Positions 38,400 through 52,761 of a stretch of DNA of 64,000 nucleotides are shown in pieces (the stretch's first letter is position 1; every line of letters begins with the position of its first letter). A program made the translations under genes and the position numbers. A model generated the notes under the pieces. That model had not been told where the DNA came from and did not search any database. It was given only the letters and a program-made list of their open reading frames with translations. Source of the DNA: Octopus sinensis (lineage: Eukaryota); NCBI RefSeq assembly GCF_006345805.1, contig NC_043007.1, forward strand, positions 49,290,001 to 49,354,000, written 5' to 3'.

Positions 38400-40060
38400 A
38401 ATCCAAACTTACAGGGAAAAATTAGATTTAGGATTAAATCTAATTTTACAGTATAAATATAAATTAAATTAGAGATAAAACCACTATTAGGCAAATCAAA
38501 CAGTGAAAAACATAAACCAAAACATAGAAATAAAATTAATTAATATAAAATACAAAATATATAAAATATAAAATTCAAAATTTAAATTATTTAAATTTAA
38601 AGTTAAAAATTTAAAATTATATCTATTCAGATATAATATGGCTTTTAAAAAAACATAATAAACCCACAAATAATCTAATCTCAGTTATAGTCAATATCTA
38701 ATTTACCTAAATATTTAACGAAAAAAAAATCACTATTCATATTATTAAATTTAATTTCAAATCAAATAATTATATAATATTTGAATAATAACTAAATTAT
38801 CAATGAATATATATAAAAATGTATATAAATATAAGAATTAAGATCTAAAATTATATATATATATTATTATTACAAAAATTATTATTATCATTATCACTAT
38901 TATTACCATTACTATTATTATATTTCTTTATAATATTATTAAATTTAAATTTATAATTATAATTATAATTAACTTTTAATGTATTAATATTAAAATTTGT
39001 CTTATTTTTAATTTTATTCTTATTTTTATTTTTATTTTCATAATTACTAAAATTACTACTAATATTACTAACATAATTATTATAATTATTACTAATATTT
39101 TTATCTTTAATTTTAATTAAAAAAATTAATATTGCTATTATAACCTGCCTCTCTTAGGGCCTCATTGTAATAAGGGTCATGTTTATTAAAAATCTCTAAA
39201 TCATAAAAAAGTAATGATATACGTTTACTTATATTATTAATCAACGATTTTTTTAATTGATGGTGGGTGATTACTATTAACATTTATATATCTAAGGTTT
39301 TCATTAAGTTTTTGATATGGTTGTGTTTTAGCCGTAATTAGATCAAAATTAACATCTAAATAACTAACATTAAAATTCTCATTATATATAGTAATTCTTA
39401 AACCATATCTTTTAAAGAAACTATAAAGTTTTTTCTTATATAATTCTAGGTTTCTATCAGTGCAATTCTTAGTAATTAATAAAAGTTCATTCCTATATAA
39501 ACCACCCTCTATTTTTAAATTTTCTAATTGAAGTTCAGATAATAGATAAATACCTACCAAATCCGTAGCTTGTGCAGAATCAGGTGCCCCATAGGTATAT
39601 CAAAATAGTCCCTAGTATCCTTCCTAGCCCATAATTTATTTTTGTATCTAATAAACGGTTTCCTAGCCATTTTAATTACAATAACCTATTCAAAAGTCAT
39701 TCCCACTTTACTCGTTGCAAATATAAGGGCCTTATTAAACACAATTTCATTAATAGAATAATAATAATTATCTATATCTATTTGAATAAATTTATATCGA
39801 TCTTTCTCTGTAATATTATTAAACCATGCTTATTTCCTAAATTTTTTATCGTTCATTTAATTGTGTTGTTACAATAAAAGGCATGTTTATATATTCTGTT
39901 AGTCAGGGAAGAAAAGACAAAATGTTCACACAAAATTGGAGATATTAAAGACTAAATTCTTTGAGGTGTTCGTTTATATGTTCAAAGTTGTAGATATGTA
40001 AGTTCCTCGACTTATTTTGAGGGAAATTCAAAATACTCACAGAATCAAGGACAGGGAGCA
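38400..40060 (-). mobile_element. Naiad-type Penelope-like element (RT/thumb plus extremely AT-rich 3' region)
   Basis: WFNNITEKDRYKFIQIDID.YY.SI...KALIFA, FDIPMGAPDSAQATDLVGIYLL, GLYRNE, YLDVNFDL, YINVNSNHPPSI and ISKRIS...YNEALREAGY. Confidence 0.85.
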
Positions 40061-41060
<1,000 letters not shown>

Positions 41061-41172
41061 CATCATCATCATGATCATCATCACCACCATCATCATCATC
41101 ATCATCATCACATCATCATCATAATTATTATTATTATTATTATTACTATTATTATTATCATGATCATCATCA

Positions 41173-41299
<127 letters not shown>

Positions 41300-41412
41300 T
41301 ACTATTATTATTATCATCATCATCATCATCATTATTACTATTATTATTATTATTATTATTATTATTACTACTACTACTATTATTATTATCATGATCATCA
41401 TCATCATCATCA

Positions 41413-41477
<65 letters not shown>

Positions 41478-41480
<3 letters not shown>

Positions 41481-43803
41481 TAGTTTTATTTTTATAGCGT
41501 GCTTTCACTTCACTACCGAGCGCAGCTCTGTGTGCCTTGGGTATGTGCTGTGATTTGTGATGCTCTGATGGTTATTGTATGGAAAGTGTTCTGCTTAGGA
41601 TGTGTGCAGTGCCTAGTAGTGCAATTTTCTGTATGTTATATGTGTTTGTAAGTCCTGGTGTTTTTGTTATGTAATTGTCTGAATATTTTTTATCATGCCT
41701 AATGCACCTACTATGATAGGAATTGTTTCTGTTTTTAGATTCCACATTCTGGTTACCTCTATTTCTAGGTCTTTGTATTTTGAGAGTTTCTCCATTTCTT
41801 TTAGAGACACGTTGTCATCTGCCGGTATTGATACATCAATTAGAAAGCATTTCTTTTCTTCATGATCTTTGACAACTATATCTGGTCTGTTAACCTTAAT
41901 TTCTCTATCTGTGTGTATCGGCATATCCCAGAGTATGGTTGCTTTCTCGTTTTCTGTGACCTTTTCTGGTGTGTGCCTATACCATCTTTTTTCTGTTGTT
42001 ATTCCATAATGTTGGCATAGCTTCCAATGTATGTAGGTTCCAACTCTGTCATGTCTGTGAATATATTCCTTTTTAGCCAGGACTGGACAGCTAGAGATAA
42101 TATGATTTATTGTTTCTTGTCCATCTCCACATATTCTGCAGTTACTTGTAATATTTCTTTTCATTACATGTATTTGGTAATTTCTGGTGGGGAGGCTTTG
42201 GTCTTGTGCTGCAATTAAAAACCCCTCTGTTTCTGCTTTGAGTCCTGAGCTTCTCAACCATTGCTGGGATTTTTCTTTGTCTATTTCTTTTGCGTTTAGT
42301 TTAGTGCAGTATTTACCATGAAGGGGCTTTTCTTGCCATCGTTTTATCATGGCTCGTTGCTGTTCTATTTTTAGTTTGGATTTCATTTGTTTTATAGCTT
42401 TTGTTGTTTCTTCATCATCTTCTTCTTCTTCTTTGTGTTTATTAGGTGGTATGATTTCTTGTTTGTATTTGTCAGCTTCCTTAAATACTGAGAACAGTTT
42501 TTTGTTTTGCTCGTGTTTTGCTGCTATCTGGATCAGTTTTCCTTCCTTCTGAAGTAGATATTTTTGCAATCCTATGGTGGTTATTTTATAGTAGTTTTCC
42601 AGCTGTATAAGGCCTCTACCACCTTCTATACGTTGTATATATAGTCTTTCTATGTCAGATTTTGGGTGATGCATCCTAGATCCTGTCAGTATTTTTCTTG
42701 TTTTCCTATCTATTTTGGACAGTTCATTTCGTGTCCAGTTAAGGATATTGTAACTGTAACTTATAACTGGGACGGCTAAAGTGTTGATACATATTATCTT
42801 GTTTTTAGCATTGAGCTCTGTTTTTAGTATTGATCTAACTCGTCTATAATATTCTTTTTTTATTTTCTCTTTCATTTGTGTGTGTTGTGTCTTATCTAGT
42901 TCATGGATTCCTAAGTATTTCTAAGTTTGGCTTTGGTCTAATTCTTTTATTTCATTGGTTTTATCTAGTGTGATGTTGTTACTCTTAACTAGTTTTCCTC
43001 TTTTCATGGTTACTTTGGCGCATTTTTCTAATCCAAATTTCATATCTATTTCTTTGGTAAATCTATGAACTGTCTTTAATAGTGTTCCAGCTGTTTGTCA
43101 TTTGCAGCGTATAGTTTTAGGTCATCCATATATAAAAGGTGGCTGATCGTTTTGCCGTAACATTTATATCCGCATCCAGTTCTATTTAGCATATCAGATA
43201 GAGGTGACAGTGCCAAGCAGAAAACGAGTGGAGAGAGCGTGTCTCCCTGGAATATTCCTCTTCTAATGGGGATGTCTTTGGTTTTCATAAGTCCCTCTTT
43301 TGTTTGGAGGTGTAGGACTGTTTGCCATTTATTCATAGAGTGCTCTATGAATTTTATGATTGTTGGTGCTACTTTGTTAATGGCTAGTGTTTCGAGGATC
43401 CATGTGTGGGGGATGCTATCAAACGCCTTTTTGTAGTCAATCCAGGCCATACTGAGGCCTTTCTTCTTTCTGTGGCTGTCTTCAGTTACGGCTTTATTAA
43501 TCATTAGTTGATCTTTACAGCCATATGAGCCCTTGCGGCATCCTTTCTGCTCTTCTGGGAACAGTTTGTTTTCGTCCAGGTGCTTGTTCAGCCTTTGCGA
43601 TATCACTGCAGTAAATGCCTTGAACATAGTAGGGAGGCAGGTTATTGGTCTGTAGTTTTCTGGTTTTGTTGTTTCATTTGATTTGGGAATTAAGATGGTT
43701 TTCCCTTCGTGAGCCATTCAGGCATTGTCTCTGGCTCTGCTAGTATGCTGTTAAAGTTTTCAGCCAGCTTTTTGTGCATTCCTGTTAGATATTTCAACCA
43801 GAA

Positions 43804-43804
<1 letters not shown>
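41478..43804 (-). mobile_element. R4/Dong-like RLE LINE (family B), 5'-truncated, relatively intact
   Basis: ORFs 43076-43717 (YRPITCL, IDYKKAFDS, GIFQGDTLSP, LYMDDLKLY) and 41667-42875 (CRICG...HIISSC, RHD, RPDIV, IDVSIP, KY.DL), broken by a few stops. Bounded by (TTA)n arrays. Confidence 0.95.
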
Positions 43805-43851
<47 letters not shown>

Positions 43852-43896
43852 GTTATTATTATTATTATTATTATTTTATTATTATTATTATTATTA

Positions 43897-43970
<74 letters not shown>

Positions 43971-44012
43971 GTTATTATTATTATTATTATTATTGTTATT
44001 ATTATTATTATT

Positions 44013-45343
44013 CTATGTTTCACTTTTGCTTTACATTTGTACAAGTTGGCTCCAAGTCTCACCCAGAGACCCCAAGAGACAACAGGTTGGAAGTTAATGT
44101 TGTTGTTATGCCTAGTGTGCCATATATTTGGTTTTGTATTTAATGTTGTACTAGTGGATGCTTTTAAAAAAACCATGCGAAAATCATGTTTGTTTTAAAA
44201 CTTGAGATTACATAGAAAGTATTTTGCGTAGGATATGAGCTGTTCCCATGAGCACTATCTTTTGAATTTCTGCCATTTTGGGGTTTCCTGGTATCTGAGT
44301 TAGGTAGCAATCAGCCCCTTTTGCTATCATTCCCAGGGCACCTATGACAACAGGTATTGTTTTAGTCTTCAGCTTCCACATTTTGCTGATTTCTATTTCA
44401 AGATCTTTATATTTGCTCAGTTTTTGGTAGGTCTTGACAGATACGTTTATATCGATTGGGACAGTCATATCAATAACTTTGTCTGAAGTCTTTCAATATG
44501 ATGTCTGGCCTATTTGCATCTATCTTTCTTTCAGTTTGAATGGTGAAGTTCCAGAGGTGTGAGATGTGATCATTTTCAAGCACTGGAGGCGGTTTGTGTT
44601 CCCACCAGTTTTTTTCATGGGGGAATCCAGGTTTTTGCAAATTACCCAGTGAATACATTGTGCAGCTCTATCATGCCTGTTGAGATACTCTATAGGCGCT
44701 AGAAGACTGCACTTGGAGAAACATAATCAATGGTTTCATTTTGTTGTTGACATACACGACATGTTGGGCTACTGCCGTTCTTTAATATGTTGGCCTGGTT
44801 GTTCCTTGTTGGTAGGCATTGATCTTGAGCTGCTATGATAAACCCTTCTGTTTCAGATTTTAAGCCAGGGCTTTGTCAACATCTGCATTATTCGCTCTCT
44901 TTGGGTATTTGCCATAGAGAGGTTTTTCTTGCCATTTATCATTCAGAATATATAAGGCAGCAGTTTTAGCACGGGTTTTCATGCGCTTAGCTTTTTCTGT
45001 GCGTGTTTCTTGTATGTCTAATTCCGAAATTTGTTGTATTCGGAATTCACTTAGATATTCTTTTGCCTGTTTTGTAACTGAGTATGATGCTTTCTTGTTT
45101 TCTTGTTTTGAGACAGGTTTTAACAGCCAGTCCTCAGATTTTTCAGGTAGGTGTCTCGGCCAATTGTAGCAATCTTCATTGTTATTGCCAGTTGTAAAAG
45201 TCCACGGCCTCCCTCTTTTCTTGGCAGATAAAGTCGTTCTATATCTGCCTTGGGGTAGTGCATTCTATGCATTGTCAACAGTTTTCGTATTTTTCTGTCA
45301 CGATTACATATTTCAGTAATTGACCAGTTAACGATAGTGAAAC
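44013..45343 (-). mobile_element. R4/Dong-like RLE LINE (family A), 5'-truncated
   Basis: MHYPKADIERLYLPRKEGGRGL, WNFTIQT..IDANRPDII, KYKDLEIEISKMW and VVIGALG. Bounded by (TTA)n arrays. Confidence 0.92.
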
Positions 45344-45439
<96 letters not shown>

Positions 45440-45460
45440 TATTATTATTATTATTATTAA

Positions 45461-45494
<34 letters not shown>

Positions 45495-47339
45495 TTTCAT
45501 TATTGAGAGAGCAGTGCATGCAATCTAAGTGACACTGAGGTACAAATATACGAAGCCCAATATAGCCACCATGACTACCCGTCTGATAAGGGTGCAGCAC
45601 GCACATGCATCATACCCATATGTGCGCGACATGGTGAATTTATATCAAGATGTGTGTGTTTGTGTGTGTACATACAGTCATGTTCAAAATTCTGGTGTGG
45701 TCAGATGAACATTTTGATATCGATTGATTTATGTCTTCATGTTATGCATTATTATATGCTATATGTATATATGTATGTAAATATATACACACACACGCAC
45801 GCGCGTACAATGGAGAAAAGTTCTTAGAATCAAGTTTATGGCAGTTATAAAAACCCTGATTTTGGGGAATTTATTTAATGACACTTGGTTTGCCACACGG
45901 AACCTCGTTATTCATTCTGGCAATGCTATTTTGCCTTGTTCATCCATCATAATCTTATGTCATGCTATTCTTTACCTTTTTAGTGTAGTTTTGAAAAACT
46001 AGCTAAGAAAAATGTTCCTGTCGTTATTCTCGCAACATATTCCTTTTAAAATATGTTTTTCTTGATATATACTGCAATTTTTCCTAACACTATTATGTTG
46101 TGATAAATTCATTGTATATATTTTTACTTTCTGTAAATAAATTATTGGTGTTAAATCTAGTCCTTCTCTTGGTATTATCTGTACGAATTCTCATCGTTTG
46201 ATTATAAGGAAAATTAATTAAAGATTTATTTGCATGCACTTTCATGAAGATATACTCAAGCTTCGGTCAACACAAGAAAATACAGTCAACCCAGTATGAA
46301 GAAACGAAATAGCATTCTTAAGATATGACTTCTTAAATTCACTTCCACAGATAGTTTTACCTTGCTATCAAACACACATCTTCTTATCCTATTTAAACTG
46401 TCTTATGACCTACTAGTGAAATGTTGGTATCTTCAACATACATACACGCTGCTACGATTGTATATTACATCTAGCGTTCTGTCTACATCCATAAACTTCT
46501 CGCAAAGACACAACAACTTTTACTTACATATATACATATAAACGCAGCCTAACCTGAGGTTTATAATTGGTGGTATTTATATTTACAAGAGTAAACAGTT
46601 ATATTTGCTGACTACCACAACAAAAACACAGTCAGTTATAACTGGTAACCCGTCATCTCACGTCACGTTATATATGCATATGTATGTGTATACATGTTGT
46701 ATATACTTATCCATGCCTGCTTACATGCCCTCGTATCTATATGTGAATATTGTGAATCCACATGGATATACGCGCATATATCCAATATTTTTCTTTCATC
46801 TCATAACGGCATTTTAAATAACTATTTAAATATCTACCTACATATCCTAATAAATTAACGTTCCATGAATAAGTCCTATTTGTCATAGATCACACATCTT
46901 AAAATAACTTCCATTCCCCAGCATATTTGGTTTATAGTGTTTCTATATTCCGATACTTCATTCATCTTTTTATCTTTCTATTTAATCCTAAATTTATGGA
47001 TATAAAACTTACTTACCACATGAAACCCGGTGCATGTGGTTTTTTGTTTACTCTCTTTTTTAACATCCTAAATAATTATATACGAACCTCTAGAATTTTT
47101 TTTTAATTCGATGTTTTTACTTGTTTATTTTCATACAATGCATGCTTCAACCCTAAATTTTCTCTACGATGCACGCATCAAACAATTCCTTTCTGCTCTT
47201 TGGTGTATCCTGGACATTATCTTTCTATATATAAAACTGAGAATGTGTGTCTGTGTGTCTGTCTGTCTGTGTGTTTCCCTAAAACTTGAGAATTAGTGTG
47301 GTATGTGTTTCTCTCTTTCTGTGTTCATTGTGTTAAATC

Positions 47340-48990
47340 ATGAATAGGGAAGGCTGTGTGTATCACCCAGACAACTTTTGTTATGTTTGTGGAAAATTTA
47401 CTTTGCGTGACCAGCGGAGAAACATTGGCACCAAATTAAAAATTGCCTATAACTATTATTTTGGGTGTAAGGTTGGGGACCAAGACAAGAAGTGGGCACC
47501 TCATATATGCTGTACCGTCTGTTACTCAGGAGTTACACAGTGGCTGAATAGAAAACGGAAGGGAATGCCCTTTGCTGTACCAATGGTATGGCGTGAGCCA
47601 ACCAATCATGTCTGAGTGTTACTTTTGCATGACTAATACTAGTGGTTTCTCAAAGAAGATCAAAGTAAAAATTGTGAATGTAGATTGTAAGTTGGCTCTA
47701 AAACCGGTCCCACATGACTTTGAAAACCATGTCCCAGTTCCCCTCTCACATGCTTCATTTGAAAATCTGGACACATCGCCCGATGAATCTCCTGACTCTC
47801 CTATCGACGAAGAGTACGTAGGTGATTCTAAAAAAAATGAGCCAGGCTAGTTTAATCAAGATTTGACCGATTTAGTAAGAGACCTAGCATTGTCAAAGAA
47901 GAATGTAGAAGTTTTAGGATCCAAACTGCAACAACGGAATATCCAACAACAAGGCACGAAAATTTCTATTTTCATTTCTCGCCATAAAGGTTTATCTGTC
48001 TTTTTCAAGCAAGAAAATAATACTTGTTTCTGTACTAACGTTAATTCAATCATGCAAAATCTAGGACACGTCCATGTGGCTAACGAATGGAGATTGTCTA
48101 TAGACACGAGTAAGGTTAGCCTCAAGGCTGTGTTGCCTCATTATGGTAAGGAAAACCTTTCCATTCCTGTGAGTCAAGTTGTCGGTATGGAAGAAACTTG
48201 CGAATCGATGGAACTCATTCTGAAAGGAGTTGATTACTCAGTTCACAAGTGGAATATCTGTGGTGATTTAAAGGTGATTCCCCTCCTTCTAGGACTGCAG
48301 CTGGGATATACCAAAAATATGTGCTTCGTGTGTGTTTATACTGTAAAAGACTGGCCTAAAAGAGATGAGCGCAAAGTTGGTCAGTGCAATGTGCAACCTA
48401 TGTCACTGGTAGACCCGTAAACGATATTCCTTCTACCACTTAATATCAAACTTGGCCTCATGAAAAGTTCGTAAAAGCAATGATATACGATAGTTGTGGC
48501 TTCCAGTACCTAAAAGTAAAATTTGGTGCAGAGAAAAGTGATGCAAAACTGAAAGCAGGCATTTTCATTGGACCCGAGATCAGAGAATTGATATCTGATA
48601 GCAAATTCAAAGGTAAACTGAATCCAGTTGAGCTGACGGCATGGGATTCATGTTAGTTGTACAGAACTTTCTAGGAAAGTTGAAAACTATGCTGATTTAA
48701 TAAGCCACATACTAACAGCGTATGAAATAATGGGATGCCGAATGTCCCTTCAAATGCACTTCTTGCTTTCTCATCTCGATTTTTTCCAACGAATCTTGAT
48801 ACCCATAGTGATGTGCATAGTGAGAAGTCCCATTAGGACAAGGCTGGGATGGAAACAAGGTATCAAGGCCGATTCAATCCACACATGATGGGTGACTACT
48901 GCTAGTTCCTACAACGGGAGACTAGCACGATGCATAAGTGCAAATGCAAATGTCTCAGATATTTCTGAACTGAGCATATCAAAAATAACA
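47340..48990 (+). mobile_element. Chapaev-3-like (CMC/Transib-related) transposase pseudogene
   Basis: PDNFCYVCG, YFGCKVGDQDKKWAPHICC..C, PFAVPMVWREP.NH..CYFC, WRLSIDTSKVSLKAVL, ICGDLKVI..LLG.Q.GYTK..C and YQGRF...MMGDYC. Family assignment is from recalled motifs; TIRs not located. Confidence 0.72.
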
Positions 48991-50479
48991 GCATATGCAT
49001 CTCTCACTAATCTACTAAGAGTCATCTTTAGAATTTAGGTTTTCCTTGTATTACATTTATTTATTTTTTATTTTTTATTTTTTATTTTTATTTTCATTTA
49101 TCTGTTTACTAATTATAATATTTTGTATATGTATATAGGATATCTACAAATTTGAAAAACCTACCAATCAAATACATCTCTAAACATACTTTTAAATTTT
49201 AACCTACTATCAGTACACACTTGCTTCAAAAAGATATGATGATTACCTAAGTAGAGTTAGCTCTTTCTGAACCCTGAAGAAGTCCAACCATAAAATAGTA
49301 TGAACGTAGCAATTTTCTTGGCATGAAACATGTTTGGAAACTCCTATCTGCTTATTGGTTTTGACAGAAACATATATGTAGTTTCTTACGTTTTTTCTTA
49401 GCTTTTGGGGATTTCAACTTCCAATTTATTTGTAATGCTTTTTTTAAAAAAAACTTCATCTTTCTACAACATGCAACTAAATCAGCTATTACATCCATTT
49501 ATTCTCCATCTTCTTCTTCCCCGCCTGCAAAGACTAAGGAAAATAGTCTAATAAATAGGCATATAAGCCCTCGACAGAAAGAAAGCTTTCCTGTCTGCGT
49601 AGAAGTGGAACTCACATCACTTTGTTAACGTGACTAAGTGCGTTACCTCTACACCAGCGAATCAGCCGGCATTTTCCTGTCAAATTTAAGAGCTATAACA
49701 GTTCGTGCTTGTTTTTTTTATATGTAAACAAACTTTCTATATGCTTTCGGTGCAAATGGGTTTTTTTTTATACAATCCTGTAAATAATAATAATGGTATT
49801 TTTATATAAGCTTAAAGCTTATGGCGATCACCGTGCAATGACTAAGGAAAATACTTGACATAGTGACATTCCTTCCGGCTCTTTATGTTCTGAGTTCAAA
49901 TGCTGCCGAAGTCGACTCTGCCTTTCATCTTTTTGGGGTCGATAAAATGAAAAACAAATATGTAATGTAATTGACTTCACTTTCCCTAAAGCTTACTGTT
50001 CTTGTTCCAAAATTAGAAGCCTGCTATTATCATAATTCATTTGCATAATTTGCTATCTTATCTGGATCGAAGGTGAGAGGCTTTTTGAAACAGGATCTCG
50101 ACGTGAATAGACATATCTTGACTCCGTATATCTAAATTGTGAGTGTATTAGTGAATAAAGGCACGTGGCATAGTGGTTAGGATGTCATACCCAACCTTAC
50201 AAGACCATATTTTCGATTTGTGTTCGTGAGCAAAACGCTTCATTTCACGTTTTTCCAGTTCACTCAGCTGTAAATAGGTAACCTTGTGACGGACTGGTAC
50301 TCGTTCCAGGCGAATTGTTGGCCAGCCTGCCGAGCTAAAATGGTGGAATCACTTGAAAATTGAAACAACGAATCGTAATGTGACCAGCGCTTTATAGCAA
50401 TATCCGGAACTTTGGTTGATACCGTGTCGAAAAAACTTTGATAAAAAATTTTAGATCAAAGACATCACAGGAAAAGGAA

Positions 50480-50557
50480 TATGATCTTGTTGGTCTCTTT
50501 ATTGATTTGAAACAATTTGGTAAATTTCAACTAGCAATATTAACCTCACCAATGTAA
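50480..50557 (+). pseudogene. Decayed duplicate of the SLC22 N-terminal coding motif (pseudo-exon)
   Basis: Reads YDLVGLFIDLKQFGKFQLAILTSPM*, aligning to YDLDKLLINLKTYGNYQI of exon 1 with 9/18 identities plus conservative changes. There is no in-frame ATG back to the upstream stop at 50417, and a stop follows 7 codons after the motif. Confidence 0.55.
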
Positions 50558-50670
50558 TAAGAACAGTGATTTCACAGCATAACAGCGACAACTTCGCGGC
50601 GACTGTTACTAATCACTGAAAACAATACCGATAATATCACCAGCCAATAGCACGGCCATAAGTTTCGTAG

Positions 50671-50812
50671 ATGGCTGGTACAGAGGCCGTTTATGATTTG
50701 GATAAACTACTCATCAATTTAAAGACTTATGGTAATTACCAAATTAGACAGCAGCTTGTTTCGTCTTCTCTTTTGATTGTATCTCATAGTCTTTTCCAAT
50801 TACTGGCAATAG
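50671..50812 (+). CDS. SLC22-family (MFS) organic cation/anion transporter, first coding exon
   Basis: ATG at 50671 reads MAGTEAVYDLDKLLINLKTYGNYQIRQQLVSSSLLIVSHSLFQLLAI-G. This matches the SLC22 N-terminal motif (D-x-LL-x-x-L-x-x-[FY]G-x-[FY]Q) followed by a hydrophobic TM1. It ends at AG|GTAAGT (phase 1), compatible with exon 2. Confidence 0.88.
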
Positions 50813-51044
50813 GTAAGTTATATAAGCATTACATTTTATTCTTCACTTGATTTATACTTACCATAGAATTGTTACATACATCGTAAATATACAGTTTTGC
50901 TTTTAAAAAATACAAGAAAGTGAATATATAATTTTAAAAATCACTTTGGTATTAGATCTACAAGATTCCTGATATTAGGGATGGAGTCATTTTGTCAATA
51001 AGAAATACATTCCCAAGTTCTACTCCACTTCTTCAAGCAGCAGG

Positions 51045-52260
51045 ATGGCAGAGTCATTGGCACATTGGATAAAATACTTAACGATATTTTTTCCAATGGT
51101 TTACCTTCTGGATTCTAATACCACTGAGGCCCACTTTGTCGTTTATCCTTTCGGAGTCAATAAAATAAGTTATCAGTTGAGCACTGGGCTTGATGTAAAT
51201 GAGTAGCCCCACTCTTACATTTCAGGGCTTGTGCACATAATGGCGTGCTGGCAGAGTCGTATGCACGCCAGACATAAATGCTTAGAGGTATTTCGTCCGT
51301 CTTAATGCTCTCAGTTCAAATTCCACCGAGCTTGACTTTGCCTTTCATCCTCTCGGGATCGATAAAGTACCAGATGAGTACTGGGGTCGAGGTAATCGAC
51401 TTAAATCATCCACCCAAATTTCAGGCTTTGTGACTTCAGTAGAAAGGATTTTTATTGTTGTTGTTGTGCAACGGAGTAACATCTTAAAGTTGTTATTTCA
51501 CAAACTACGTAGAGGATGACAATCTCTTGCCTACTCAAACTTTAAAGGCGGCGACCTGGCAGAAACGTTAGCACGCCGGGCGAAATACGTAGCCGCATTT
51601 CGTCTGCCGTTACGTTCTGAGTTCAATTTCCGCCGAAGTCGACTTTGCCTTTCATCATTTCGGGGTCGATACATTAAGTACCAGTTGCACATTGGGGTCG
51701 ATATAATCGACTTAATCCACTTGTCTGCCCTTGTTTGTCCTCTCTGTGTTTAGCCCCTTGTGGGTAGTAAAGAAATAGGTATTTCGTCTCCCGCTACGTT
51801 CTGAGTTCAAATTCTGTTTCATCATTTCGGTGAAGGGGGAGGGGTTGACAAAATAAGTACCAGTCAAGTACTTGGGTTAATGTAATTGACTCACACCTCT
51901 CACAAAAATTTGGTCGACTCGAGACTATAGTAAAAGACTCTTGCCCAGTGTTCCACACTGGAACTGAACCTGGTACCATATGGTTGGGCACCAAACTTCT
52001 TACCATAGCCACGCCTGTTGAAAGGAATATTATCAAATATATTAAGGTGAGGATCTGCCAAATACCTTAGCATGCCAGACAAAATGCTTGACGGCATTTC
52101 TTACGATTCATCACCTTTTGAGTTTAAATTTCACCGACGTCAACTGTGTATTTCATTCTTTTCTTGTTCAATGAAATAAAGTACCAGTCAGGTACTGAGG
52201 TCGATATAATCGACTTCCTCTTCCCCTCAAAACTGCTGACCTCGTACCAAAATTAGAAGG
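51045..52260 (+). mobile_element. Cluster of tRNA-derived SINE copies in SLC22 intron 1
   Basis: Repeated ggcagaaacgttagcacgccgggcgaaa...ctgagttcaaattc...gactttgcctttcatcctttcggggtcgat (A/B-box-like head plus conserved body). Further copies at 54280-54665 (+), 57075-57440 (-) and 49850-49970. Confidence 0.8.
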
Positions 52261-52673
52261 GAAATATCGAACATATTCAAAAATATAGCAATCTGGTCTT
52301 AGCCAAAGACCGAAACTAGTGAGAGAAATTACAGAATAAAGTGAGTCCTTGTAAGCTGTTAGTTGTTTTGGGCAGGGTTCTGTTGCATCAGTCTTTGAAG
52401 ATGTAAATTAGTTTTCCTCTTCTTAGATGTTTATTTGCTCTCAACAAATTAGATAATGTACAAAGAATTATCCTTGGAACGAATATTTTTTGTCTGGGAA
52501 TACATTTAAGGTAGCGTGTTGTCTTGATGCTTCATTATCATAAAACTAGAGTAAAGTAGACAGCAGATTAATCTCCCTTGGATAAGGTGCCTAACTACCA
52601 GAAAAGTCCGTTAATCTTCATTGAAAATGTACGCACACGCTCCCTTATAGATGTGTGTGAGCGTATGTCCGTG

Positions 52674-52761
<88 letters not shown>

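Noticed and set aside
45850-46500. Hydrophobic fragments faintly resembling a 7TM receptor (LTLLCCDKFIVYIF)
   Set aside because: There are many stops and no consistent motif series; AT-rich DNA readily gives hydrophobic translations.
51545-51640. tRNA-like A/B-box sequences (also 19000, 49600-49680, 50160, 54280, 60045)
   Set aside because: No complete cloverleaf is evident, and each continues into a SINE body, so they are SINE heads rather than tRNA genes.
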